From Pyrinomonadaceae bacterium (GTDB lineage: Bacteria > Acidobacteriota > Blastocatellia > Pyrinomonadales > Pyrinomonadaceae): a stretch of DNA of 64,000 nt. The position numbers were made by a program, and so were the translations under genes. Below, piece by piece: positions 1 to 9,400 of this stretch. The notes under the pieces are model-generated. The model saw only the letters and a list, made by a program, of their open reading frames with translations. It had not been told where the DNA came from and did no database searches. Within the stretch, counting starts at the first letter, position 1; every line of letters begins with the position of its first letter. Location of the stretch: contig DASYPN010000260.1 of assembly GCA_036006625.1 (NCBI GenBank), forward strand, positions 295 to 64,294, written 5' to 3'.

Positions 1-111
1 ATTTTTGTTTGTCATTCTTAAATCCTCCCCCATTCCCTGAAGATTAGATAGACACCCTTAACGCGTGGTTGGTTACGAAATTGCCCAATCTTTGCTACGA
101 TTTCCGCCCAA

Positions 112-621
112 ATGACACGACCACAAACAACTGAAGCTGCCCCCTACTATTTCAAGTACATTGACCTTATAACCAGCGACGAGATCGTGCCCGCGATTGA
201 GAGTCAGATGGACGAAACTCTTCAATTTCTACAGGGCATTTCAGAGGAAAAAAGCCGGCACGCCTACGAACTGGGAAAGTGGACGATTCGCGAGGTCCTG
301 AATCACGTGAACGATGGCGAACGTGTCTTTCTCTATCGCGCATTTTGGTTTGCGCGCGGATATGAGGACGCCCTCCCCAGTTTTGACCAGGATCTGGCTG
401 TAGTGGCGGCGCATGCCAACAATACTTCGTGGGCGGACCTGGTTGAGGAGTTCAGGAGCATCCGGCTAGCGACCATCTCGTTTTTCAAGAACCTTCCGGA
501 CGAGGCGTGGTCGAAAACTGGCGTCGCCAGCGACTACCCGTTCACCGTTCGTTCGCTGGCCTACATCATCGCTGGGCACGTCGAGCACCATCGAAACGTC
601 CTCGCCGAACGGTATCTTTAG
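112..621 (+). CDS. DinB-family (DinB_2-like) protein
   Basis: 169-aa ORF. It has the WTIREVLNHVNDGERVF segment and a C-terminal AGHVEHHRNVL His cluster, both typical of DinB/YfiT-like four-helix-bundle metalloproteins. Confidence 0.8.
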   Translation: MTRPQTTEAAPYYFKYIDLITSDEIVPAIESQMDETLQFLQGISEEKSRHAYELGKWTIREVLNHVNDGERVFLYRAFWFARGYEDALPSFDQDLAVVAAHANNTSWADLVEEFRSIRLATISFFKNLPDEAWSKTGVASDYPFTVRSLAYIIAGHVEHHRNVLAERYL

Positions 622-622
622 A

Positions 623-664
623 CCGGATTAACAGGATTTTTGCAGGATTTAGCCCTAAATCCGG
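623..664. repeat. CAGGATT-unit array forming a hairpin (CCGGATT..CAGGATT..CAGGATT..AATCCGG) just after the DinB stop codon
   Basis: Units lie at 623-629, 632-638 and 643-649, with an inverted unit at 658-664. The same heptamer arrays occur at 11965-11990, 19627-19661 and 26499-26525. Confidence 0.6.
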
Positions 665-806
665 TCCATCCTGAAAAAATTTGTAGATCTTTATCCTTGT
701 TTTACACACCGCTTCGGGTGTACTCTTGTAGCCCTGCGGGGACACTCACTCCGGCTACATTATCCGCAGGCCCCCATCCACCACAGCCACTCCAGGAGAA
801 TCGCAG

Positions 807-1334
807 ATGAAAAGGTGCCCCCAGTGTGAGTTTATTTACGAGGACGACCAGAGTCTTTGTGACATGGATGGAGTTCTCCTCGTTCTGGATTCTCGCACTC
901 TGCCAAATATGAACGCGCTGACGACGGTCACGACCAAGCCCGCGCCGAAGCGTAACCGTGCCGTGCCTGCATTTGCGACGCTGATTCTCGCGCTCGTGCT
1001 GGGGATGGTTTATTTCGTTTCCATGCAACGAAGGGCGACGCAGACTGCGTCCACGCCCGCTATCGTCGAGACGACCGTGAGTCCCGCGCCTGCAGAGAGT
1101 CCAGCGCAAGTGGCGGCGCCCGTCGAACCCGAACCTCAACCGCCGGTCGAGGAACCCAGGTCCGCTGCGACAAAAGCGCCGGCAGTTCCCGTGAAAAAGG
1201 TTTCCGCAAAAGCATCCACGAATTCACAAACCAAACTTGCGACCCCTGCCGCCGAGGAAAAGAAAGACGATTCGAAGGTTGGTTCAATCCTCAAGAAAAC
1301 CGGTCGCATTCTCAAGAAGCCGTTCAAGTTCTGA
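807..1334 (+). CDS. Zinc-ribbon-like single-pass membrane protein (hypothetical)
   Basis: AGGAG precedes the ATG. The N-terminus is MKRCPQCEFIYEDDQSLCDMDG (CxxC...C..D). There is one hydrophobic helix (AVPAFATLILALVLGMVYFV), followed by a Pro/Ala-rich low-complexity region and a basic tail. Confidence 0.6.
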   Translation: MKRCPQCEFIYEDDQSLCDMDGVLLVLDSRTLPNMNALTTVTTKPAPKRNRAVPAFATLILALVLGMVYFVSMQRRATQTASTPAIVETTVSPAPAESPAQVAAPVEPEPQPPVEEPRSAATKAPAVPVKKVSAKASTNSQTKLATPAAEEKKDDSKVGSILKKTGRILKKPFKF

Positions 1335-1360
1335 CATCCATGTCCTAATCCTTTCCCGCC

Positions 1361-1930
1361 ATGAAGCGTTGCCCCCAATGTCTCTTCCTCTATCCCGATT
1401 CGGACGAAAAGTGTGACTTCGATCAGACTGTGCTCGAGGTCGTCGACGACTCAGCGCTCGAACCCGCGACGCGTCCTAAGAAAAGCCGCACCGTGCCTTT
1501 TGTCGTAGCCGTGGCGCTAATCCTGGGCGTGTTTGTAGGCGCGCTTTACGTCGGGTTGAGTTCCCGATCTCAGGAAGCTTCAGCCGCAACCGAAAGCACA
1601 ATCAACGTTCAGCCGGTTGCCACTCCTTCGCCGCTAGCGCCCTCGCCGTCGCCGTCTCCTTCACCTTCACCATCACCGTCACCTACGGCGTCGCCGAAAG
1701 TTTCCCCATCAATTTCGACTGCACACACACGTGCGACTGGGGATCCAGTCTCGACCAGTGGACCAGGAATCGGAACCCGACAGGGTGGTAAACCCGTAAT
1801 AATGCTGGCGAGCGGCGGAAAAATCGAAGCCGATGAGGTCTGGCGCACCAAAGATGGTGTATGGTACCGCCGCAACGGAATTGTTACCCTGCTAAAACGC
1901 GGCCAGGTGAAGAACATCGTGACGCGTTAA
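1361..1930 (+). CDS. Zinc-ribbon-like single-pass membrane protein, paralog of 807..1334
   Basis: The N-terminus MKRCPQCLFLYPDSDEKCDFD matches the neighbouring gene. It has a TM helix (VPFVVAVALILGVFVGALYVGL), an (SP)n linker and a small C-terminal globular segment. Confidence 0.6.
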   Translation: MKRCPQCLFLYPDSDEKCDFDQTVLEVVDDSALEPATRPKKSRTVPFVVAVALILGVFVGALYVGLSSRSQEASAATESTINVQPVATPSPLAPSPSPSPSPSPSPSPTASPKVSPSISTAHTRATGDPVSTSGPGIGTRQGGKPVIMLASGGKIEADEVWRTKDGVWYRRNGIVTLLKRGQVKNIVTR

Positions 1931-1964
1931 GCAGCCGAGTTCACAAGTTAATAGGAGGGCAAGT

Positions 1965-2438
1965 ATGAGAATACCGGCTTCCATTTTGGCTTTGGCTCTG
2001 ATTCTTGGCGTGGCTCTTTCCTGCAAGCTCGGCGAACGACTCGCAGGCGATAAGAATGCAGGCACTGTGAGCACGCTGTGGGCCGACGTGCCTCCGTTTC
2101 AGGGCGCCACGAAATCGGATCTCGAGATTCCACTCGGAGCGCGTCTGTTCATTCGCGGCATGATGCAAGGCAAGCTCAACTTCATCTCATTCAAAACAAA
2201 TAAGACGGCGCAGGAAGTAAAGGATTTCTATTCGAAGGAACGCATGAAAGCGGCTGGTTGGACCGTTGATCAGAAGGGATGCGTTGGCGACACGGAAGAC
2301 TCGCAGAATCACGGCGCCATGTGTCTCTTTCAACGCAAAGACAACGGCAAGGACGAGGGACTCGCGATCATCGTGGCCCAGGACGAGAAACTTCCCGAGA
2401 CCAACATCTTCTACGCCCGCATCGACATGACGAAATAA
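1965..2438 (+). CDS. Putative lipoprotein (hypothetical)
   Basis: AGGAGG Shine-Dalgarno sequence. The signal peptide ends in a lipobox-like GVALSC. I recognised no family. Confidence 0.55.
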   Translation: MRIPASILALALILGVALSCKLGERLAGDKNAGTVSTLWADVPPFQGATKSDLEIPLGARLFIRGMMQGKLNFISFKTNKTAQEVKDFYSKERMKAAGWTVDQKGCVGDTEDSQNHGAMCLFQRKDNGKDEGLAIIVAQDEKLPETNIFYARIDMTK

Positions 2439-2444
2439 TTCGGG

Positions 2445-2572
2445 ACGTACTGTAGGGGCGGCCCTCCGTGGCCGCCCTCGGTTGGCATACGAATTCAAGA
2501 TGCGAGAGCCTCGGGTTTGGCGAACACCATTTAACCGAGGGCGGCCACGGAGGGCCGCCCCTCCAGTACGTT
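2445..2572. repeat. Family A palindromic element, composite ~128-bp form (two inverted GGGGCGGCC-N6-GGCCGCCCC cores flanking a ~55-bp spacer)
   Basis: Left end ACGTACTGTAGGGGCGGCCCTCCGTGGCCGCCCTCGGTT; right end AACCGAGGGCGGCCACGGAGGGCCGCCCCTCCAGTACGT. Near-identical composite copies lie at 44512-44647 and 57611-57740. Confidence 0.85.
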
Positions 2573-2590
2573 CTATGGTTTTTTAAGAAG

Positions 2591-3283
2591 ATGGGTCTTG
2601 ATTTAGTCGAATTGACGATCAGGTTTGAGGATGCTTTCGGCGTCGCCATTCCTGATAAGGTCGCGAGTGATATAACAACTCCACGCGAAGTGACGGAATA
2701 CCTCGTCACTCAACTCAACGTTGGCCGGCGAACAAGTTGTATTTCACAACAAGCTTTCTACCGGTTACGCAGAGAGTTGTTGCCCCTCACGAAGACTCAG
2801 CGTGGCGAGTTTCGTCCAACGGTTATGCTTTCGCAGTTGTTTCCGGCCGATGCCCGAAAAGAAGTCTGGAACGAAGCAAGATCGCAGATTGGGGTTTCGG
2901 TGCTTCCCGATCTGGTGCGCCCAAAATGGTTGGTTTACGTACTAACCATTCTCATCGTTGTGACCGCTATCATTATGTTCAGTCACAGCTATGACATCTC
3001 GGGCGATAGTGCAATTGCATTCTTCCTGAGCGTGTTGGTTTCAGGCGCGCTGGCTCACGCAAGCCAGTTCGCGACTCGTTCACTGCGATCGGAGTTTAGT
3101 CGTGAATATACGACTGCCGGCGACTTGGCAAACTATTTGGCGCTACACAGTCCTCACGCTTTCAAGAAAAACTGGACGCGAGAAGAGATTGCTGAAACCG
3201 TGCGAATGGTAATCATCGATCAAACTGGCGTTAGCGATTTTCACGAAGACTCACGCTTCGTTCAGGACATGCATCTCGACTGA
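2591..3283 (+). CDS. Membrane protein with split ACP-like halves (N-terminal ACP helix II-IV-like, C-terminal ACP helix I-like)
   Basis: The ORF track starts at 2468, inside the repeat. I prefer ATG 2591 (MGLDLVELTIRFEDAFGVAIPDKVASDITTPREVTEYL). Two hydrophobic helices lie in the middle, and the C-terminus is IAETVRMVIIDQTGVSDFHEDSRFVQDMHLD. Confidence 0.55.
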   Translation: MGLDLVELTIRFEDAFGVAIPDKVASDITTPREVTEYLVTQLNVGRRTSCISQQAFYRLRRELLPLTKTQRGEFRPTVMLSQLFPADARKEVWNEARSQIGVSVLPDLVRPKWLVYVLTILIVVTAIIMFSHSYDISGDSAIAFFLSVLVSGALAHASQFATRSLRSEFSREYTTAGDLANYLALHSPHAFKKNWTREEIAETVRMVIIDQTGVSDFHEDSRFVQDMHLD

Positions 3284-3333
3284 ACTTCTGCAGATTACGA
3301 GATTACGCCGTTGACCGATATAATCGCAGGCGT

Positions 3334-3819
3334 ATGCCAACCAAGGATCCACTAGCAACCTCAGGACTCCCCACATTCCAAAGTGACGATTCGCCGAGAC
3401 CGGCTCCGCCGCTCGCGCCGAAGTTCTTAATCCTCGTCGTCGACGATTCCGCTGACAACCTCGCAATGCTCAGCCTCGATCTACAGCAACAGAATTACCA
3501 GGTCGTAACGGCAAGCAACGGCGAAGACGCAATTAAAATCGCGACACAAACAAATCCCAACCTGATTCTGATGGATATCAATCTGCCGGAACTGGATGGA
3601 TTGGCCGCGACACGCCGAATACGCGACATCGAGACACTGCGCGAAGTGCCCGTGGTCGCAGTCACCGCCTTTGGCACCGAAGGCTTTCAGCGCGCGGCTT
3701 ACGACGTGGGTGTCGACGGGTATTTGACAAAGCCAATCGACATGGATCGCATGCACCAACTCATCGCCCGACTTCTCTCCTCCGGTGAATCCGGCAGATT
3801 GCCCAGTCAGTCTTTCTGA
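3334..3819 (+). CDS. Stand-alone response-regulator receiver (CheY-like) protein
   Basis: LILVVDDSADN, phospho-acceptor context LILMDINLPELDG, VVAVTAF and YLTKP are all present. There is no output domain. Confidence 0.85.
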   Translation: MPTKDPLATSGLPTFQSDDSPRPAPPLAPKFLILVVDDSADNLAMLSLDLQQQNYQVVTASNGEDAIKIATQTNPNLILMDINLPELDGLAATRRIRDIETLREVPVVAVTAFGTEGFQRAAYDVGVDGYLTKPIDMDRMHQLIARLLSSGESGRLPSQSF

Positions 3820-3893
3820 AACATTGCCGCCAGTTGTCGAGCGTGATAGTCTCCCGTCCTCTTCCCATTCCGCAGACAAAAGGAGACATCGCG

Positions 3894-5177
3894 ATGAAAT
3901 TTACGGTGAGGTTTCTAATCCTTCTAACTGTCGGCCTGCTGCTCTCGCTCACGTTGATCGATCGCTCGCCCGCAGCCAAAGCGGCGCCCCTCGATCTCTC
4001 CGGTGAAATCAATGGCGCTCCTTACCGGATCAGAGTGCCGGAAGTTTGGAATGGGACGCTGCTCGTCTTCGCTCACGGATATCGTGACAAGGCCGATCAT
4101 CCCGGTGAGATCGATAATCGAAATGCCGACGTCGCACCAAATGCAGCGCTCGAAGCCCCGTTGCTGGCACAGGGTTTTGCCCTCGCCGGAAGTGCTTACA
4201 AAGACAATGGCTGGGCAGTTGGAGACGCAATTCAGGACACAAAGAATCTCGCTGTGTTCTTCCGTGACAACGTAGCGCAGCCACAACGAACGATCCTCGT
4301 CGCTGCTTCGCTCGGAACTTTCGTCGGTTACAAGAGCATGGAACAGTTCAACGGGATCTACGACGGCGCACTCTGCCTTTGTAGTGTCGGCGCCGGCGCA
4401 ACTCGCCTGTGGGACAGCGGTGTGCCGCTTTATCTGGCTTACGACGTCGTCTTCGGAATTCCTGCGTCGTGGGGAACAGTCGGCGAAGTTAGAAACGACA
4501 TCGACTTCGACACGGAAGTACTTGCGAAACTCGCGCCCGAGCTCAGCAACATCGCAAACTTTCCGAAGTTTGAATTCATTCGACTCGTGGCGAAGAATCC
4601 CGGTCGCGGTCTTACGCCGCCACCGCCGCCTGCGTTCTTTCCGGGTTGGGCTTTGACTGACTTTTTCTTCTTCACTGAAGCGCGCGCAGAGTTGCAACGT
4701 CGTGCGGGTGGTCCATTCGTTCAGAACCTCGATCAGAGTTATGAGCTTACTGCTGCTGAGAAAGCTTATCTCGCCGGTATCGGACTGCCGACGCCAGTCG
4801 TTGATGCGTGGCTCGCGCAGATGAACGCAAGACGAGACATTGAGGCAAAACAGTCGGCGAGAAATTACGTCCGTAACAACACCGACTTCAACGGCAAGAT
4901 TCGTAATCCGATTCTGACTGTGCACACGATCATCGATCCGTTGCTGGTGGTTGCGAACGATGGCGCATACGCGGAGCTGAATGCCGCGGCCGGCAGACAA
5001 GATCTACTTTTCCAAACGTTCACGACCGGCGTCGGTCACTGCAACCTGACTGGCCCACAAGTGCTGACTTCGATTGGGGCGATTGACGCGTGGGTGCGCA
5101 CCGGAGTGCGTCCGACAGCGGCGACATTTCCGGCTGGGCTGGGATTCAACAATGCTTTCGTCCCACCGCCTTTTTAG
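3894..5177 (+). CDS. Secreted protein, possible alpha/beta-hydrolase fold (weak assignment)
   Basis: The ORF track gives 3834..5177. ATG 3894 has AAAGGAGA upstream and yields the signal peptide MKFTVRFLILLTVGLLLS. The fold call rests only on LLVFAHGY and a nucleophile-elbow-like VAASLGTFVG. Confidence 0.5.
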   Translation: MKFTVRFLILLTVGLLLSLTLIDRSPAAKAAPLDLSGEINGAPYRIRVPEVWNGTLLVFAHGYRDKADHPGEIDNRNADVAPNAALEAPLLAQGFALAGSAYKDNGWAVGDAIQDTKNLAVFFRDNVAQPQRTILVAASLGTFVGYKSMEQFNGIYDGALCLCSVGAGATRLWDSGVPLYLAYDVVFGIPASWGTVGEVRNDIDFDTEVLAKLAPELSNIANFPKFEFIRLVAKNPGRGLTPPPPPAFFPGWALTDFFFFTEARAELQRRAGGPFVQNLDQSYELTAAEKAYLAGIGLPTPVVDAWLAQMNARRDIEAKQSARNYVRNNTDFNGKIRNPILTVHTIIDPLLVVANDGAYAELNAAAGRQDLLFQTFTTGVGHCNLTGPQVLTSIGAIDAWVRTGVRPTAATFPAGLGFNNAFVPPPF

Positions 5178-5240
5178 ACAGGATGACGCTGCTTGGGCAC
5201 AGTCCAAGCACATCCTGTAGAATAACGCACGAGCCCCCTG

Positions 5241-6422
5241 GTGTTGTTGTTGAGTTCTTCAAGGGACCGTGCGGTGAGTTCTTCGCTATCGTTAACCAAC
5301 GCCGTTACTTCCGGCGACGAAGGCGCCGTGTCCAGACTGCTGTCCAGCGGCGCGGACGTTAACGAAACTACGAACGGCGGTCAGACTGCCCTCACACTCG
5401 CCGTCATTTTCGGTCACACAAATCTTGTACGAATGCTGGTGAATGCGGGCGCGGATCCGAAGATGCGCGACAACCTCGGTCTGAACGCGATCGAGTGGGC
5501 ACAACGCAGAGGACTCCACGAAGCGTACGCTCTCCTGACGAATAGCCCTGAACCCGCGCCTCGATCCAGGCGAATCGTGATTCCTGTCGAAGAGACGAAG
5601 GCGCCTGTCGTCGAAACGCCTCCCGCTCCGCGCAAAGACGAAGTCCAGAGTACTGCTCCGAAGGATGAAAAGAGTCGCCTCTGGGTGGAGGGAGTAAAGC
5701 AAAGGCTTGATGAACAAGCCATGCGACGGCTCAATCGAAATGAGCCTCCAGTCGAGCGACGTATAGTTCGTGAGGAGCCGCCACCGCCGCAGCCACCGCC
5801 TCCACCGGAACCGCCGAAAGAAACAGCTCTCACCGGCGCACCACGGATCCTGACGCCACCACCCGTCGAGCCCGTGAAATCAGGCAAGCGCAAACGCTGC
5901 CCACAGTGTGGTGAAGTCTACAGTGATCTCGTTGCGTATTGCGCTCAGGATATGGCGCCACTCGTCGACATCGACGCACCTATCGTCACTGAAACAACAA
6001 AACCAAAAAATGGTGCGCTGTTTTGGATACTGGTGTTCATCAGTCTTGCTGGTTCTATCATCCTGGGTTCACTCATTACCACGTACATGTACAGGGCAAA
6101 CCAGGCTTCGACGCCTCTACCTGCTCAACAACAGAAGTCTGTACAAAAAGGCACGCCGGAGCTCAGCGCAGGGCTTGCAGGCAAATCGACTTCGTTACCC
6201 GAGGCCGAGTGTCCTGTGACTGGACCAGATCCTATTTCCGGTGCAGTGACGGTGCGAATCCTCGTCGACAATAAGGGACAGGTTAACTGGGCCCGTGGTT
6301 CAGGCGGCGACTGGCTCATGCGCGGCGCCGCGACGGAAGCCGCAATGAAATCGACCTTCGACCCGCAAAAACTTCGCGGCCGGGAAGTCGAAGGAACGAT
6401 CACATACACGTTCAAGCCTTAA
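5241..6422 (+). CDS. Ankyrin-repeat / zinc-ribbon / single-TM / TonB_C-like domain protein
   Basis: Two ankyrin repeats (GADVNETTNGGQTALTLAVIFGHTNLVRMLVNAGADP) are followed by a Pro-rich stretch, KRCPQCGEVYSDLVAYCAQD, a TM helix (LFWILVFISLAGSIILGSLITTYM) and a C-terminal GAVTVRILVDNKGQVNWARGSGGDWLMRGAATEAAMKSTF. The start codon is uncertain (GTG/TTG candidates at 5241-5274). Confidence 0.65.
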   Translation: MLLLSSSRDRAVSSSLSLTNAVTSGDEGAVSRLLSSGADVNETTNGGQTALTLAVIFGHTNLVRMLVNAGADPKMRDNLGLNAIEWAQRRGLHEAYALLTNSPEPAPRSRRIVIPVEETKAPVVETPPAPRKDEVQSTAPKDEKSRLWVEGVKQRLDEQAMRRLNRNEPPVERRIVREEPPPPQPPPPPEPPKETALTGAPRILTPPPVEPVKSGKRKRCPQCGEVYSDLVAYCAQDMAPLVDIDAPIVTETTKPKNGALFWILVFISLAGSIILGSLITTYMYRANQASTPLPAQQQKSVQKGTPELSAGLAGKSTSLPEAECPVTGPDPISGAVTVRILVDNKGQVNWARGSGGDWLMRGAATEAAMKSTFDPQKLRGREVEGTITYTFKP

Positions 6423-6429
6423 ACGAAAT

Positions 6430-6460
6430 ATAGGTCCTATAGGACCTATCCGACCTATAC
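6430..6460. repeat. Family F palindrome ATAGGTCCTATAGGACCTAT plus an extra GACCTAT unit
   Basis: A perfect 20-nt palindrome lies at 6430-6449. A related CCTATAGGACCTAT lies at 37424-37437. Confidence 0.75.
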
Positions 6461-6476
6461 TGCTATCCTTTCCTAT

Positions 6477-9400
6477 ATGGTCGACTCCCAGCAGACGCGC
6501 ATCCTGCCGGATGAGCTGCGCACGACTGTTCCCCTTGTCGGCACAATTCTGCGCGACCGCTATCGACTCGACAGTGAACTCGGTCGCGGTGGCATGGGCA
6601 CGGTTTATCGCGCCACCGATCTCGAGCTTCAAAGAGAAGTCGCCGTCAAAGTTCTCGCAACTACCGCGCAGACTTCCGACGCGCGTGAACGACTCGTCCG
6701 CGAAGCTCGTTCCGCCGCGGCGCTCAATCATCCGCACATCGTCACCATTCACGACGTTGGCGAAGCGAGTGGCTTTCCGTTTCTCGTGATGGAGCTTGTC
6801 GCTGGTCCGCGTCTCTCACAAGCGCGTCCGACTGACATCTCGCGTATCGTCAGTATCGCCGTTCAGATTTGTGATGCGCTCGAACACGCACACAACAACA
6901 AGATCGTTCATCGCGATCTGAAACCTGACAATGTGCTCCTTGCCGGTATGGGCGAATCGAGCAGCGTAAAACTCGCCGATCTCGGGCTCGCTCTACCCGC
7001 TTACGGCGCACGCATCTCGCGCGCGGGAGTCATCGTCGGCACGGCCGCATACATGGCGCCCGAACAGGCGTTGGGCCAACCAGTCGATGGTCGCGCGGAT
7101 CTCTACGCGCTTGGCGTTCTGCTTTACGATTTGACGACCGGACGCGTGCCTTTCACCGGCGACGATCCACTCACGATTATCTCCCAGCACGTACACGCGC
7201 ACGTTGTCCCACCGCGCATGCTTTGTCCCGACATTCCACCCAGCCTCGAAACCGTCATCGTCCGGCTGCTCGCGAAAGATCCGGCACAACGATTCAGCAC
7301 GGCGGCTGAAACTCGCGCCGCATTACTCAATTCACTAAAGAGCACCGAAACCCTGCCCACCGAAACCGCGCCGGCGGTCGCGATTCTCGACGCGTTGTCA
7401 CGCGGTCGTCTCGTTGGCCGAAATGCCGAGCTGGCCGAGGCACGCGAGCTGTGGCAACGAGCGCGCGAAGGACGCGGGCACGCGGTGCTTCTCAGCGGTG
7501 AGCCCGGCGCCGGAAAGAGTCGTCTCGCGCGCGAGATCACGATCCAGGCGGCGGTTGACGGCGCAGTCGTGCTGTCTGGCGGCTGTTACGAGTATGAAGC
7601 AGCGACGCCTTATCTTCCGTTTGTAGAAGCGTTTCGCCGTTGGGTGCGCGAAGAGAAGAGTGACGAACATTTGAGAGAGGTTCTCGGTGATGCCGCAACT
7701 CAGATCGCGAAGCTCGCTCCCGAGATCGAAACGCGACTCGGCCCGTTTCCCGAACGTCAGGAGCTCGCCGCACACGAGGAACGTCTGCTCTTCTTCGATG
7801 CTGTCGTGCAAGTGTTTTCCAACATCGCACGACGTCAATCGTTGCTCTTTTACGCGGACGATCTGCACTGGGCCGATCGCGGTACCCTCTGGTTGCTGGG
7901 CCATCTGTTGCGGCAACTACGTGACTCGCGTGTGCTGATTCTCGGCGCCTATAGAGAGACTGAACTCGATCGCGCTCACCCGCTTGCGAAGTCACTCGTC
8001 GACTGGAACCGCGAACGTTTAATCACTCGCATCGTGCTGCGCCGTTTCAGCGAATCGGAAACTGGCGATCAGCTCGGCGCGCTGCTTGGCGAACAGGTCA
8101 GTGGTGAGTTTGCGGTTGCTGTTCATCGCGAAACAGAAGGCAATCCATTCTTTGTCGAGGAAGTTTTGAAGGCGCTTATTGAACGTGGCTCTGTGCGGCG
8201 TGAAAGTGGACGCTGGCGGCGTTGTGACATGGAAGAGTTGTTGATTCCGCAGAGCGTAAAAGAAGCGATTGGCAATCGTCTGGATCGAGTCAGTCAAAAC
8301 ACGAACGAAGTGCTGCGTGTGAGCGCAATACTCGGCAAGGTCTTCACGTTCGAAGAATTGTCAGCCGCTGCGGAACAAAACGAAGACACGCTGCTCGATG
8401 CCCTCGACGAAGCAACCGGCGCCCAACTGATTGCGGCCGGTCCGGGCGATTCATTCAGTTTCACTCACGACAAGATTCGCGAAGTTCTTTATGAGGAACT
8501 GAATCCGATCCGGCGTCGGCGCCTGCATCGTCACGTCGCCGAGGGTTTGGAGCGCAGATGCAGAACCTCTCAGTGCGCCGTTGAGAAGCTGGCCCATCAC
8601 TACATTCAGGCCGGCGATCATCAACGTGGTCTCGAATACGCAAAACAGGCAGCCGCCGAGGCCGCGCGTGTGTTTGCATTCGACGAAGCGATCGCGGCTT
8701 ACGGGCGCGCACGTGACTGCGCCGAGGCGTTGGGATTGACTGAAGAGCAACTCGCGCAGGAAGAAGCAATCGGCAAAGCCTTCATGCTTCACGGCGACAC
8801 GATTCTCGCTGCCGAACATTTCGAACACGCGCTCGCGCTTGCGACCGATCCGGCAACTCGCGTGCGTCTCCAGTCCCAGGCAGCGGCTTCACTCGTCACC
8901 ACAGGCGATCCGCGTGGAAGTGAATACTTACGCGAAGCGCTACTGGTTCTGGATCCGGTCACGAATCCACTCGAAACAGCAAATGCTTTATCAACCGAAG
9001 CGCGGTTTCATCACCTCGCAGGTCGTCACAAAAAGACGATCGAATTGTTGACGCGCGCCGTCGAACTTGTCGAACCTATTGCTGAAGGTGACCACGTCAG
9101 CCCTTTCGAAGCGACGGTGATCTCGCAGATCTACCCTTACACAGCCGCCGGTTATCAACACTATGGCCTCTACGAAAAGTCTGATGAATGGGCACGACGG
9201 GCGATTGACTTTGGTGAGAAGCACAACGTCCTGTTCGCGCAGGCGTCTGGCATCGAGTTTCTCGGAGAAAACTGCATCCACAAAGGAACCTACGAAGCAG
9301 GTCTCGGGTATGCCGAGCGCGAGATCGAGATAGCAAACAAACTGCACTCACGTGAACGTCGCGCGTGGACGCATTACTACGCGGCGCAATGTCGTTTCTA

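Noticed and set aside
2468-2590. N-terminal extensions of ORF-track genes that read through repeats (also 44497-44562, 57544-57714, 29753-29860 and 37330-37458).
   Set aside because: The extensions translate REP/MITE DNA into peptides such as GRPRRAAPT, CAFCAFLW and ENTEVAQR. In each case an internal ATG exists that has a Shine-Dalgarno sequence, a signal peptide or a canonical family N-terminus.
3924-5000. 358-aa minus-strand ORF.
   Set aside because: It is antisense to the signal-peptide-bearing 3894..5177 gene. Its Arg/Ser-rich composition is typical of shadow frames, and it has no start context or motifs.
6300-6752. 150-aa minus-strand ORF spanning the ankyrin/TonB_C gene 3' end, the spacer and the kinase 5' end.
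   Set aside because: It crosses two well-supported plus-strand genes and the family F palindrome (it translates as IGPIGPI), so it is a shadow ORF.
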